64,000 nucleotides of DNA from Eledone cirrhosa. Lineage: Eukaryota. The translations under genes were made by a program, and so were the position numbers. The stretch lies in NCBI GenBank assembly GCA_964016885.1, contig OZ024763.1, forward strand, positions 1,364,001 through 1,428,000, read 5' to 3'. The notes under the pieces are model-generated. The model saw only the letters and a program-made list of their open reading frames with translations. It made no database searches and was not told where the DNA came from. Below are positions 1 through 13,655 of the stretch, piece by piece; position 1 is the first letter of the stretch, and the number at the start of each line of letters is the position of its first letter.

Positions 1-83
1 ATGCGAGCAAGACAACCACTCTTGCCTCAAGTGGGAAAACCCCCGTCCAAACCCATGCAAGCGTGGAACACGGACACTAAACC

Positions 84-112
<29 letters not shown>
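1..112 (+). mobile_element. 3' end fragment of the RTE LINE family with (TGA)n tail
   Basis: Matches the reverse complement of 28358-28460. Confidence 0.8.
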
Positions 113-114
<2 letters not shown>

Positions 115-265
115 ATATATACATACATATCCACACATATATACAGCTGTCATACACATTTTGTCTCATTTAGGTATATATATATATATACACACACATA
201 CATACTTACAAACATATATATACACCTCTCGTACACTTATGTGTTCTGTCTCTTGTATGTATGTC

Positions 266-300
<35 letters not shown>

Positions 301-303
<3 letters not shown>

Positions 304-515
304 CGTGTGGCTGAGTGGTTAGAGAATTGGATTCGCAATCGTAAGGTTGTGAGTTTGATTCCTGGACCAGGCGATGCGTTATGTCCTTGAGCAAGACACT
401 TTATTTCACGTTGCTCCTTCTACCCGGAGTTGCGACCGATAGATAGTATTAGCAATTGGAAAGACCAACGGAAACATTGTTCCCTCGGTCCGATTTGACG
501 AAAGCCGATCGTTCC
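301..515 (+). mobile_element. tRNA/CORE SINE family B with a different tail ending in (TA)n; other copies at 2163-2370 (-) and 10854-11070 (+)
   Basis: A/B boxes, CORE 5' half, distinct tail ...ggtccgatttgacgaaagycgatcgttcc; three copies in the window. Confidence 0.8.
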
Positions 516-1072
516 TATATATATATATACACACCTACACATATAGGTATGTGTATATATGTCTCATATAGGTATGTATGTCTAAATATATATGTATATA
601 CACACACATACATATATACAGCACTCACACACAGTTTGTTTCTTGTATAGGAAGTAAAGCTTGTTCTTGTTGCTATTATTAGCTGTGGTTTAGCTCATAT
701 CTGTCCCTCTCTCCCTTTATCTCTCTCTATCTGCCTCTAAATATCTCTCTCTACCCACCCCCTCCGCGTGTCTCATATGACCTAATTGTCCAGGAATTAG
801 TTAAACAATTATATCTATCAAGTTAGCCATTGTTACACTTCAGTTTACTCCATAGCTCAGCTGGCTTCTCTCCTTAACTTTCAACATGACTTCTTTACCA
901 GATAACTCTTATTTAATTATTTACCTGTCTAATGTTGGTGGCAGGGAAAAGCGACGTGAAATGATGATGATATAGTTATGTAATAAACAACATCTTGTGT
1001 TGTTTATTACATAACTAAATAGCTCTAGCTTACATAAAGCACTCTCCTTTCCTTTACCTTTCCTACGGAAGT

Positions 1073-1112
<40 letters not shown>

Positions 1113-1114
1113 TG

Positions 1115-1145
<31 letters not shown>

Positions 1146-1320
1146 TTGAAAATGTGTGAAAGCCTTGGTACAGTTAGGTATATTTAAGAAAGGAAAAGAA
1201 TGACTTCACTTGTAGTTCTAAACAATTTGATTTAATTTTATAATATTATGAGTTAAAATTAAATCAAATTCTTTAGAACTACAAGTGAAGTCATTCTTTT
1301 CTCTTTTTTAAAATATATAT

Positions 1321-1612
1321 CATCATCATCATCAACGTTTAACATCTATCTTCCACGCTTGCATGGGTTTGGACGGGAGTTTTCCCACTTGAGGCAAGAT
1401 TGGTTGTCTCGCTCGTATAGGACTGTCTGGCAGGTTTTCTACGGCTGGATGCCCTTTCTAACACCAACCACATTTACAGTGTGGACTGGGAGGTTTTTAC
1501 CGTGTTATCTACATGGCCACATTTCAGTGTGGACTGTGTTTTATTTTTGTTGTGACACCTACACGACCTCATTTATTTTGGACTGGATGTTGTGGTACCA
1601 ACATAACATTAC
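1321..1612 (-). mobile_element. RTE LINE 3' UTR fragment
   Basis: Similar to 28358-28655; starts with (CAT)n. Confidence 0.8.
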
Positions 1613-1637
1613 AGAGAAAGGGGTGTATATATATATA

Positions 1638-1855
1638 TACGGAGGTGCTAAAATGTTCCTGGCTTTGGGTAGAAGAAAATACAGGAGGATCACTTAATTA
1701 TGATTTTATTCAACATATTCCCCTCTCAGATTCACACACTTATTGCAGCGGTCCTACCTCCCCTGTAAAGGTAACAGCCCTACCTCCCATGTAAAGGTAA
1801 CAGCTCTACCCTATTGCAATACCCTTAAAGCCAGGAACTTTTCTACACCCTGGTA
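1638..1855. mobile_element. Tc1/mariner-type MITE
   Basis: Imperfect TIRs tacggaggtgctaaaatgttcctggcttt / aaagccaggaacttttctacaccctggta. Confidence 0.6.
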
Positions 1856-2590
1856 TAATGTATGTATGGGTCTTCAGCATATATGTAGGTGTGTTTGTGT
1901 GTGTATATTTATATATAAAGTATACATATATACATATAGTAAGTAATATTAAATATTACAAGTATGAATATAGCTCGATGTAAAATAAGTATAATACACG
2001 GCTGGAAGGAGTATGTGAGGACTTGGCCTCCATGACCCTCCTAGGAATAAGTGGAAGAAGAAGAAAGATGCCCTTCCTGACACTAACCCTTTTAGTTTCT
2101 TATTACAACATGTAGAGGGTAGGGTGTACCCTTTTAAAAGCTGGGATGCACATACACATTGACAGTCAAATGACTTTCGTCAAATCGGACCGAGGAAACA
2201 ATGTTTCCGTTGGTCTTTCCAATTGCTAATACTATCTGTCGGTCGCAACTCCAGGTAGAAGGAGCAACGTGAAATAAAGTGTCTTGCTCAAGGACATAAC
2301 ATATCACCCAGTCCAGGAATCGAACTCATAACCTCGCGATTGCGAATCCAGTTGTCTACTCAATCAGCACACACACACGCACACACACACGCATATGTAA
2401 TATATATTAGTTCTATCGTTACTTTGGTATATTGTGTGTTCGATTTGTCAAGCTATTTAAACGTATGTTATTACTCTAAGGACCTACTTATCGAGTGCTT
2501 TGCTAACTCATCATTTCATATAGTAGGCCGAATTTGCTTGCAAACCGCCAGAGATTCGATTTTACTAAGTATCCAATTATATATATATAT

Positions 2591-2925
2591 GGAGGCACAT
2601 GGCTTAGTGGTTAGAGCATTGGCCTTGCAATCAAAAGGTTGTGAGTTCAATTCTCAGACTGGGTGATGTGTTGTTTCCTTGAGCAAGACACTTTATTTCA
2701 CATTGCTCCAGTTTACTCAGCTGTAGAAATGAGATGATAAGGACTGGGGTCCATATCATTCCACTGCAAAGTGGTCGTGGAGGTGACACGGCAAAAAAGC
2801 ACCCAGCACTCACTGTAAATGAGGTTGGTGTTAGGAAGGGCATCCAGCTGTAGAAATCAAGCCAGAATCAGTTCCCATCCCACCCTTGCAAGCAGGGAAA
2901 AGTGGACGTAAAATGATGATGATGA

Positions 2926-2928
<3 letters not shown>
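2591..2928 (+). mobile_element. tRNA-head CORE-SINE with RTE-like tail (family A)
   Basis: A box TGGCTTAGTGG, B box GAGTTCAATTC, CORE-like ccttgagcaagacacttt...ctcagctgtagaaatgag, LINE-like tail ending in (TGA)n. Confidence 0.85.
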
Positions 2929-2982
<54 letters not shown>

Positions 2983-3132
2983 AATAGAGTCAGAACCCCG
3001 ACGGCAGAGCTCAAGCTGTTTCGACATCTATTTTTGGACTAAATTTAGTTTCCTATTACCCACTCTACTACCCAAAGTATCGAGTACTGTGGTGCATTAT
3101 GGTCCACCTGGTTCCTTACCACACTTCCTTCG

Positions 3133-3206
<74 letters not shown>

Positions 3207-3333
3207 ATATAAAACCATGTGTCTCCAGTTTAGAGTAGGTACACTGTATCCGTGCGTGTCTAAAAAGGCAGGTGTCAGGAAGGGCAATCTCTATAAGACA
3301 TTGTCTCAAAAAGTCCTGTCTAACTCATGCCAA

Positions 3334-3598
3334 CATCATCATCATCATCACTCGTCGACTACTGTCGAGATGATGGATCTCACTCTCATGTCCCCCATCG
3401 CTGCCCCCAGGTCCCGTCTGCTGATTCCCGTATCCCTAGAGATAACGTCAGGGAATGACAGCTTCCTACTCCTAGTCAGGCTGGAGTCAGGGTTCCAGAG
3501 CAAGAGAGCGGATATGATTTCCTTGCTGGCACGGTGACAGTGGCCAGCAAATTGAGCTCTCCGGGATTCTAGAAGGGCAGAGGCTCGAGGGAGTTTGA
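3334..3598 (-). mobile_element. 3' fragment of a second RTE-group LINE
   Basis: Minus strand reads LPRASALLESRRAQFAGHCHRASKEIISALLLWNP...DVISRDTG, then (TGA)n. Confidence 0.7.
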
Positions 3599-3780
3599 CA
3601 TCAAAAGGATGTGGTTGGTGTTAGGAAGGGAATGGAGCTGGAAAAACCCAGCCAAAATACAAGTCTGTTTGAGCTAGGTGTGCCACAGCTAGCTGACTTG
3701 GCTTGTCTCGTAGCGTGGACGACTTTCTAACACAAGCAAGCATGGAAAATATGATGTTAAATGATGATTTTATATGTGTC

Positions 3781-3933
3781 ATCATCATCATCATCATCGT
3801 TTAACGTCCATGTTCCACGCTTGCATGGGTTTGGACGGGAGTTTTCCCACATGAGGCAAGAGTGGTTGTCTTGCTCGCATAGGACTGTCTGGCGGGTTTT
3901 CTACAGTTGGATGCCCTTCCTAACACCAACCAC

Positions 3934-3937
<4 letters not shown>
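3781..3937 (-). mobile_element. RTE LINE 3' UTR fragment
   Basis: Similar to 28358-28517. Confidence 0.75.
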
Positions 3938-3974
<37 letters not shown>

Positions 3975-4143
3975 TGAGATTCTACAGGACTAGAACTATT
4001 TCATTCTTTAGAAATCATCATGATTTCTAAAGAATGAAACAGTTCTAGTCCTGTAGAATCTCATCTATATTAAAACTTTTATACTCTGCAATGTATTGAG
4101 TACCTTACTTACTGTGGTTACCTCCGACTCAACCCGGAATAAC

Positions 4144-4269
<126 letters not shown>

Positions 4270-4593
4270 ATCAATTAACGGAGGCATAGGCCCTCGCTAT
4301 TCCCTGTAAATAATTGTATATATATATATAAACTGTTGAGTGCTACTTATCCGATATTTGCATTGCTTTATTGTGCTACAATAAAACTCACCTCCTACAT
4401 ATATATATATTCAAGAGTTAAACAAGATTCAATGAGTACATTAAAAAATGAGTTTTACAGTAGATTGGAAGCACTCTACGGGAAAAATTATTTTATAGTG
4501 TTATTAATATTAAAATACAAATATTAATAAAATTTAATTGCTCAACAGAACATCTATTTTATTAATATTTGTATTTTAATATTATATATATAC

Positions 4594-4660
<67 letters not shown>

Positions 4661-4705
4661 GAGAGTAAAACAAAGAAGCCTTCAATACATCAAAAGTCTT
4701 TATTA

Positions 4706-4743
4706 GCCGACAATGTTTCGTCCTATTGAGGACTCATCAGGGC
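4706..4743 (-). ncRNA. Minimal type I hammerhead ribozyme
   Basis: Minus strand: GCC CTGATGA GTCC tcaata GGAC GAAA CATTG TC GGC (stem I GCC/GGC, stem II GTCC/GGAC, GUC cleavage site). Confidence 0.85.
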
Positions 4744-4939
4744 AATTAAAACAACAAGAAGTAATATCGGCAGATACAAGCCGGAATCTCCGAAGAATAT
4801 GGAGTGTATATATATATATATATATCCGTCTAACCCATGCTAGCGTGGAAGATGGACGTTAAACGATGATGATGATGATATATACATACACACACATACT
4901 CAAATCTGGTTAGGTCACTAAGTAGATTAATGTATATAT

Positions 4940-4991
<52 letters not shown>

Positions 4992-7129
4992 TATGTATGT
5001 GTGTGATGATATATATCAATATCATCATCATCATCATTTTACGCCCGCTCTTCCCTGCTATCAATATAAAAAGGCAATAACATTTATACACCCAGAAATG
5101 TGTGCATGTATGCACGTAGATCACAGTTAGATAGACTATCTCTCCCTCTCTATCTCTCTCTTTATCTCTCTTCTCCCACTAATTCCCTCTCTCTACCCCT
5201 CTCTCTCTACTCTCCCCCTTTCTCATTCTCTATCTCACTCTCAAACCCTCCCTCCCTATCTTTATCTCACTAACCCCTCCCCCCATCCCACACACACACA
5301 CACTATAAACCTGTTCCATATTGACTTTAGTAACTTAAGTGATAGATATTCAATACTTATTGAAATCCTTATCTTGCTATTAGTTATAACTAGTATTACT
5401 AAGACATTGTATCTGTAACTAACTAGTCCTACATATTTCACCATATCTCTGTCATGGTATTAGTTATAACTAGTATTACTAAGACATTGTCCCTGTAACT
5501 AACTAGTCCTATATATTTCACCATATCTCTGTCATGGTATTAGTTATAACTAGTATTACTAAGACATGTTATAACTAGTATTACTAAGACATTGTATCTG
5601 TAAAGTAGTTACATATATAGAGAGAGCACACTTCATTACCTGTGTGTGTAAAGTTTACAATAGGTACACCATAATCTTATCTGGAGTACACCATAGTCTT
5701 ATACAAAGTACACCTCATTACCTGTGTATATCTGGTTTACAATAGGTACACTGTAGTCTTATGTGGGGTACATTGATTACCTGTGTACATCTGGTTTACA
5801 ATAGGTACACTGTAGTCTTATCTGGAGTACAACAAGTATACTGTATCCCTGTGTTTATCATATGGAGTGTCATTAAGCAACTAAATAGGTTAGTGTTAGG
5901 AAGGACATTTAACTGTATAACATTGCCTCAAATAGTCCCATCTGACCCGGTTATGACCAGTTTGAACAGAAAGATGTGAGAGAATTCTGGTCGGATACAA
6001 CCGGTTTAACCCTTAACATTTACATTACTCTATGTATACTATAATATTTTCATGGTAACAGCTTTACCTCACATAATATCGAGTCTATGAGATTTTGATA
6101 TTATTTATGTTGAGAACAATACCCTAACATAAGTATGAGCAGCCAGTTTGAACAAAAAGAGGTGAGAGAATTCTGGTCGGATACAACTGGTTTAAATGCT
6201 AAAGAGTTAAATCACTTCACTCTATTTACAGAGGTACATTAGATAATGTTATGTCCAGTATTGAAATAACATATCTTTAAAACACTTCACTTAACTTCCA
6301 AAGAAACAGTGGGTAACAGTACAAGACCCCTTTGGGGCCCGAAGCAGGCAAAGATTTTTCTCAAAATGGATATTGCATGGTTGCTGTGGGGCCTTCTTAG
6401 CTCTTGGGCCCCAGAACAAAGTACCGGCTGGACCCCTCCTCTCATAGGCCCTGTGCCTAGCCCTTCCAATGCGTTGACTTTCTGGAACTCACTGAAATCG
6501 TCCCCGGTTCTCTGATACATAACTCTTTATGTTAGAGTATTTATAGTTATCTAAGAACTTTCCATCATAATTTTATGTAAGAACCTTTGTTATGTCCCAA
6601 ACACCATTGTAATAATGGTTTCTGATTTTGGCAGAAGGCCAACAATTTGGGGGAGAGGGTAAAATCAATTAAATCAACCCCAGTGCATTACTGGTACTTT
6701 ATTATTTTATCTACACTGAGAATGAAAGGCAAAGCTAACTTCAATGAGATTTGAATTCAGAACCTTTGTAATAACGAGAAAGTTAAATATATTACTTTAT
6801 ACCTTCAAATTGTTGTTTTCAGAATTATTTGAAACGGGCAGTGTTTTTTGTTAGAAATATAGGAATGAAGGGGTTAATAAGACATTAAATCAAACAAAAA
6901 AGTCTTCTTCGCCCACTTATTTCTGGGAAGGTCGCGAGGGCAGACTCCTCAAACATTCCTTCCAGCGGGTCCTGTCAGAAGAAGCAACAGTATCCCCAAG
7001 CATGACCAGCTTAGCTCATGGATGTTATCCAACCATCTTGCTCGGGGTCTAGCTCTGGGGCTCTTGTCTGTTGGTTTTCGATTATAAAATATGTCCAGTG
7101 ATTCTCTTCTGAGACATTTTAACCACATA

Positions 7130-7460
7130 AACTGCCTTGCTCAAGAACACAGTGGACTGGAGCAAAATAGAAAGTGTCTTGCTCAAGGACACAGTGGACT
7201 GGAGTAACACAAGATAAAGTGTCTTGTTCAAGGACACAGTGGACTGGAGCAACACGAGATAAAGTGTCTTGCTTAAGGATACTGTGGACTGGAGCAAAAT
7301 AAAGTGTTTTGCTCAAGGACACAGTGAACTGGAGCAATGTGAAATAAAGTGTCTTGCTCAAGGACACAGAGGACTGGAGCAAAACGAGATAAAGTATCTT
7401 GCTGAAGGACTCAGTGGACTGGAGCAACACGAGATAAAGTGTCTTGCTTAAGGCCACAAT
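7130..7460 (-). repeat. ~42-45-bp tandem array amplified from the SINE CORE segment
   Basis: Unit aaagtgtcttgctcaaggacacagtggactggagcaa..., contiguous with a SINE head at 7460-7555. Confidence 0.8.
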
Positions 7461-7790
7461 ACACCACAGACTATTGAGCTCTCAACCTTACAATCATGTG
7501 TCTGACAGCCCTAACCACTAAGCCAACACACCTTAACTATGTATGTAATAAATTAGAAAAGAATTTACTAACATATGGTTTAGTTTAAGCCCGTTATTTA
7601 GTTGTTATCTCAAGTGTTTTGTTTTTTTCAACTTACCACATCCTGCTGTTCTAATCACATTCTATGGTTCCCACTTACAATATTTACAATGTACCATATA
7701 TTATAAATGTATGTCCAGGAAGTGAGTTTCATATTGGTCATGGTAAAAGGTACAACATATACACAGATATATATGGTATTTGTGTGTGTA

Positions 7791-7826
<36 letters not shown>

Positions 7827-7910
7827 AAAGGTAACCAGAAATAACAACACAATCGGTACAGTATATGGAAGGTATATATTAGGTTAACGCTTGATATAGC
7901 AGGAAGAGGG

Positions 7911-7946
7911 TCTTAACGTTTCGGATGCTAGTCCTTCATCAGAAGA
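7911..7946 (-). ncRNA. Minimal type I hammerhead ribozyme; degenerate relatives at ~17067-17095 and ~48610-48643
   Basis: Minus strand: TCTT CTGATGA A GGA ctagca TCC GAAA CG TT AAGA. Confidence 0.7.
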
Positions 7947-8091
7947 AAGAATGAGAAATAAAATAGATTGAGGGGACGGGTGGGATGGAATTGGAAAAAA
8001 TGTCTTTAGATAAAAATAAAAGGTCCATTCATGTAGACATCTCTTGCAAAACTGTTGGTGCTGGCGTTTTGTGTATGATTTATTTTAGAAA

Positions 8092-8310
8092 AGTGAATGG
8101 TGTCACAACAAAAAAACACACAGTCCATGCTGTAAAGTGATCTTGTAGGAGACATGGTAAAAAGGCTCCCAGTCCACACCGTAAATGTGGTTGGTGTTAG
8201 GAAGGGCATCTAGGTGTAGAAAACCCGCCAGATACAGTTCTGTACGAGCGAGACAATCATGCCTCTCGTGGGACGATTCCTGTCTAACCCATGATGATGA
8301 TGATGATGAT
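8092..8310 (+). mobile_element. Diverged RTE LINE 3' UTR fragment
   Basis: ggttggtgttaggaagggcatc motif plus (TGA)n tail. Confidence 0.7.
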
Positions 8311-8389
8311 ATTAGTACAGATTAAAGTTCTATCTAAGCAAAGACTCGCTGCTTTCACCCTCTTACTGGATCTTCTGAACCTCATATAA

Positions 8390-8425
<36 letters not shown>

Positions 8426-8723
8426 AAAGGCACGGCCTTGTGGTTAGGGTGTTGGACGTATGGTCATTATATATATATATATATATATATATATAGCGGA
8501 AAATAGTCAGGACTCCGACGGCTGAACTCCGGCTGTTTCAACAACTAGGTCTGAACACACGTAGCTGTTGAAACAGCTGTGTGTCTATATATAATAATAA
8601 TAATAATACAAAGGCGATTTGTTAAGCCTTCATTACATTTATTGAGTGGTGATGCGCGTTTCGCTATTGATCAGCTCAAGATTTGATCTGGCTCGTCGGA
8701 CCTCTGCTGTTGTTACACTCCCT

Positions 8724-8780
<57 letters not shown>

Positions 8781-9429
8781 TATTTCCAGAACAGTTAATA
8801 AACTGTTTCTGAGAACAATTTGTTTCACCTCAAACAGATCATCAGGTAAAACAAATTGTTCTCTGAAATAGTGTATCAACTGTTGTACAACTACTTCTAC
8901 CAAAGTCGTCCTGTCCTATGGACTGAGTGCTCTACTACTGCATATATACCCCACCTGTGATACTACTCTATATATATATATATATATACACACTCTAAAT
9001 TTAGATTTAATTGATACATATGAAATATATATCGATTATGTTTCTCATAAAACGCTCCAATCGATCTGATCAATTGAGAAAGTAAAGCGTGAACTAATGT
9101 TATAACTACATGTTATTCTATCTTCGTTTGTTTGTTTCGTGTTTCCTTACTTAAGCTGTCTAACAACTGTTTAACGTATTGTGTACACTCCAAACGGCAG
9201 ATTTGTATCTACAACATGTGATTTCTGTAAATTCATGGAGTGAGTGGTGAGTGGCTGGGTTATATGTAATCTAAACCCTGACGGTTGAGCTCCGGCCATT
9301 TCGACAACTAGATCCTATTACCCACTCTACTACCCTAAGTATCGAGTTCTCTGGTGTGTTATGGTTCACCTGGTATCTTACCACACTTTCTTTGTTATAT
9401 ATATATATATATATATACATATACATAAT

Positions 9430-9766
9430 GGAGGCACATGGCTTAGTGGTTAGAGCATTGGCCTTGCAATCGAAAGGTTGTGAGTTCAATTCTCAGACCG
9501 GGTGATGTGTTGTTTCCTTGAGCAAGACACTTTATTTCACATTGCTCCAGTTTACTCAGCTGTAGAAATGAGATGATAGAGACTGGGGTCCCTATCATTC
9601 CACTGCAAAGGGGTCGTGGAGGTGCCACGGCAAAAAAGCACCCAGCACTCACTGTAAATGAGGTTGGTGTTAGGAAGGGCATCCAGCTGTAGAAATCAAG
9701 CCAGAATCAGTTCCCGTCCCCCCACCCTTGCAAGCAGGGAAAAGCGGACGTAAAATGAAATGATGA
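9430..9766 (+). mobile_element. CORE-SINE family A copy
   Basis: Near-identical to 2591-2928. Confidence 0.85.
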
Positions 9767-9833
9767 TATATATATATAGTATTAATATATAAGGGAACAA
9801 AGAATCAATGTTACATCATATCCATATTTAATT

Positions 9834-9925
9834 ACATATTACATATGTTTCACTGTCGATCAGCTCGAGGAATGATCTATTAATGATCGAACCTGACTCT
9901 GGAATCGAAACCTCCTCAGATATGT
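9834..9925 (-). ncRNA. Type I hammerhead with a ~60-nt extended stem II
   Basis: Minus strand: ACATAT CTGAGGA [long imperfect hairpin] GAAA CATATG TA ATATGT. Confidence 0.7.
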
Positions 9926-10037
9926 TTTAACATGTAGACTCGCGTCTATATATGTGTTTCCTGGGTTCAATCAGGGGTAACCACAGTAAGTAGGGTACTT
10001 AATACATAGCAGAGTATAAATGTTTAATATAGAAATG

Positions 10038-10134
10038 GCTTCTACAGGACTAGAGCTGTTTCATTCGAAGGAAATCATCAGAAAGCTTTCCTGATGATTT
10101 CCTTCGAATGAAACAGTTCTAGTCCTGTAGAAGC
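10038..10134. ncRNA. Two divergently oriented hammerheads in one palindrome (minus 10038-10086, plus 10087-10134)
   Basis: GCTTT CTGATGA tTTCcttcGAAt GAAA CAG(8 nt)CTG TA GAAGC, essentially on both strands. Confidence 0.7.
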
Positions 10135-10521
10135 CATTTCTATATTACATATATATGTATATATAATTTAGCTTCGCATATCTTTATACATACATGTATG
10201 TGAATATTGTATATCTAAAGATATACGGTATGTTTAATAAATAAACATTTTGAAAGCCCTGCTATGAATGAATAGAAAGCTGACAGCCAGTGTCGTCTAT
10301 ATTAAACCTTATCATCATCATCATCATCATACGTTGCTTTTCCCTGCTTGCAAGGGTGGGACGGGTCCTATATATATAAGATTTAATATAGAAATGGCTT
10401 CTACAGGACTAGAACTGTTTCCTGTAGAAGCCATTTCTATATTAAATCTTTTATATACTCTACTATATATTAAGTACCTTACTTACTGTGGTTTCCCCTG
10501 ATTGAACCCAGGATACAAATA

Positions 10522-10566
<45 letters not shown>

Positions 10567-10806
10567 ATAATTGTTTTTACTTTTGGCACAAGGCCAGCAA
10601 ATTCACCAGTACATTACTGGTACTTCATTTTATCGACCCCGTAAGGATGAAAGGCAAAGTTAACCTCAATCCGAAGAGGGCTCGATAAGGACAATATATA
10701 TATATCAAATATATAAAAACCATAAAGCAAATCTGAGTTTCAGAAGATCCCGTTAAGGGTGAAAGCAGCGATTCTTTGCTTAAACTTTAATCTGTTATTT
10801 TAATAA

Positions 10807-10846
<40 letters not shown>

Positions 10847-11175
10847 GTATAGTGAAGGCGTGTGGCTGAGTGGTTAGAGAATTGGATTCGCAATTGTAAG
10901 GTTGTGAGTTCGATTCCTGGACCAGGTGATGCGTTATGTCCTTGAGCAAGACACTTTATTTCACGTTGCTCCTTCTACCTGGAGTTGCGACCGATAGATA
11001 GTATTAGCAATTGGAAAGACCAACGGAAACATTGTTCCCTCGGTCCGATTTGACGAAAGTCGATCGTTCCTTATATATATATGTATATATACTGTGTTTC
11101 CTTACTTAACATTACAATTATCAGTTTTCTTTATCTGTTTTCTAATTGTTGTTTTTTTACTTTTCTGTTTTTCAG

Positions 11176-11332
11176 ATTTATTAAACTGTTGAATAGAGGA
11201 ATTAATTCTTGTTCTCGCTGTGATTTAGTTTTTAAACCTCAACCACACTCTGATCTAGCCAAGAAACGTGAAGAAAGAGAGAAGAAGGTCTTGCAAGCAT
11301 CTGCTACTATCAAGGAAGAGAAAGTGCAGCCT
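11176..11332 (+). CDS. RERE: Atrophin/RERE exon a (first exon visible; phase 2 in, 0 out): (R)FIKLLNRGINSCSRCDLVFKPQPHSDLAKKREEREKKVLQASATIKEEKVQP
   Basis: Polypyrimidine tract + ttcAG acceptor and GTAAGT donor. Peptide resembles the atrophin-domain motif of RERE ([29 protein letters not shown]). Confidence 0.92.
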
Positions 11333-11575
11333 GTAAGTGTGGAGTAATGCATGACAGATGTATAGATTTATGTATTTAATGAGCCTATCCTTCTCTTCCT
11401 CATTATTTTTGGGGAGGGTCATGGAAGTAGAGTCCTCAGGCAGGCCTTCTAGAAAATGTCCTTGGTAACAGAAACGAACCCCAAAACCAAGCAGCAGGAG
11501 ACCTAGGAGTAGACCCACTATGAGCTTGGGGATCCAGCTAGATTAATTGGAGACAGTTGTTACTGACAGGACCTG

Positions 11576-12372
11576 CTGGAAGGTTTGTTTAAGGCCTCTG
11601 TCCCCACGACCCACTGGAAGGTTTGTTTAAGGCCTCTGTCCCCACGACCCACTGGAAGGTTTGTTTAAGGCCTCTGTCCCCACGACCCACTGGAAGGTTT
11701 GTTTAAGGCCTCTGTCCCCACGACCCACTGGAAGGTTTGTTTAAGGCCTCTGTCCCCACGACCAACTGGAAGGTTTGTTTAAGGCCTCTGTCCCCACGAC
11801 CCACTGGAAGGTATGTTTAAAGCCCCTGTCCCCACGACCCACTGGAAGGTTGGTTTAAGGCCTCTGTCCCCACAACCAACTGGAAGGTTTGTTTAAGGCC
11901 TCTGTCCCCACGACCCACTGGAAGGTTTGTTTAAGGCCTCTGTCCCCACGACCCACTAGAAGGTTTGTTTAAAGCCCCTGTCCCCATGACCCACTGGAAG
12001 GTTTATTTAAAGCCTGTCTCCACGACCCACTGGAAGGTATGTTTAAGGCCTCTGTCCCCACGACCCACTGGAAGGTATGTTTAAGGCCTCTGTCCCTACG
12101 ACCCACTGGAAGGTATGTTTAAGGCCTCTGTCCCCAGGACCCACTGGAAGGTATGTTTAAGGCCTCTGTCCCCACGACCCACTGGAAGGTATGTTTAAGG
12201 CCTGTCCCCATGACCCTCTGAAAGGTTTGTTTAAGGCCTCTGTCCCCACGACCCACTGGAAGGTATGTTTAAGGCCCCTGTCCCCACGACCCACTGGAAG
12301 GTATGTTTAAGGCCCCTGTCCCCACGACCCTCTGGAAGGTATGTTTAAGGCCCCTGTCCCCACGACCCTCTC
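11576..12372. repeat. 38-bp minisatellite, ~21 copies
   Basis: Unit ctggaaggtttgtttaaggcctctgtccccacgaccca. Confidence 0.95.
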
Positions 12373-12639
12373 AGGAATAAATGGACGAAGAAGATGAAAC
12401 TAAGCAGGAGCCAGTTGCCAGTTCAGTACACACACACACACACACATGCATACTAACAAAGATACACACATCTTCCAAAAACACCGTACTCTGTGACCCA
12501 CCTTGTCTTAGATCATGGTAACCTGTCAAACCCATGCCAACTGATGGTGTGTGTATAGGCAATTGTATTTCGAGGAGGAGGGGGGTCGAAGAGGAGAAGA
12601 GATGCTTACATTCATTATTGATGTTTGCTTTTCCGTGTT

Positions 12640-13624
12640 TACTTTTGATAACGTGTGTGTACACTTTTGATAATGTGTGTGTACACTTTTGATAAAGTGT
12701 GTACACTTTTGATAACGTGTGTGTACACTTTTGATAATGTTTGTATACACTTTTGATAAAGTGTGTACACTTTTGATAACGTGTGTGTACACTTTTGATA
12801 ACGTGTGTACACTTTTGATAACGTGTGTGTACACTTTTGATAATGTTTGTATACACTTTTGATAAAGTGTGTACACTTTTGATAACGTGTGTGTACACTT
12901 TTGATAATGTATGTATACACTTTTGATAATGTGTGTACACTTTTGATAATGTTGTACACTTTTGATAATGTATGTACACTTTTGATAATGTTTGTGTACA
13001 CTTTTGATAAAGTGTGTGTACACTTTTGATAAAGTGTGTACACTTTTGATAATGTGTGTGTACACTTTTGATAATGTATGTATACACTTTTGATAACGTG
13101 TGTGTACACTTTTGATAACGTTTGTATACACTTTTGATAATGTGTGTACACTTTTGATAATGTGTGTACACTTTTGATAATGTGTATACACTTTTGATAA
13201 TGTGTGTACACTTTTGATAATGTTTGTACACTTTTGATAATGTGTGTATACACTTTTGATAAAGTGTGTACACTTTTGATAAAGTGTGTACACTTTTGAT
13301 AATGTGTGTACACTTTTGATAATGTGTGTACACTTTTGATAATGTGTGTACACTTTTGATAATGTGTGTGTGAGCACTTTGTTAGTGCGTGTGCTCTTTT
13401 GCCAATTTTTGTGTGTATGTACTTTTGCTAATGTGTCTGTTGTATGTACACTTTTACTAGTGTGTGTGTAAGTGTTTTGTGCAGTTTTGTTAATGCAAGT
13501 GGTGTGTGTGTGTGTGTGTGTACATTTGCTATTATATGTGTGTGTACATTTGCTATTATATGTGTGTGTGTGTGTATGTGTACATTTGCTATTATATGTG
13601 TGTGTGTGTGTGTACATTTGCTAT

Positions 13625-13655
<31 letters not shown>

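Noticed and set aside
2591-2665. tRNA-like sequences at SINE heads
   Set aside because: Poor acceptor/anticodon stems; they run directly into CORE and LINE-derived tails in many copies, so they are SINEs and not tRNA genes.
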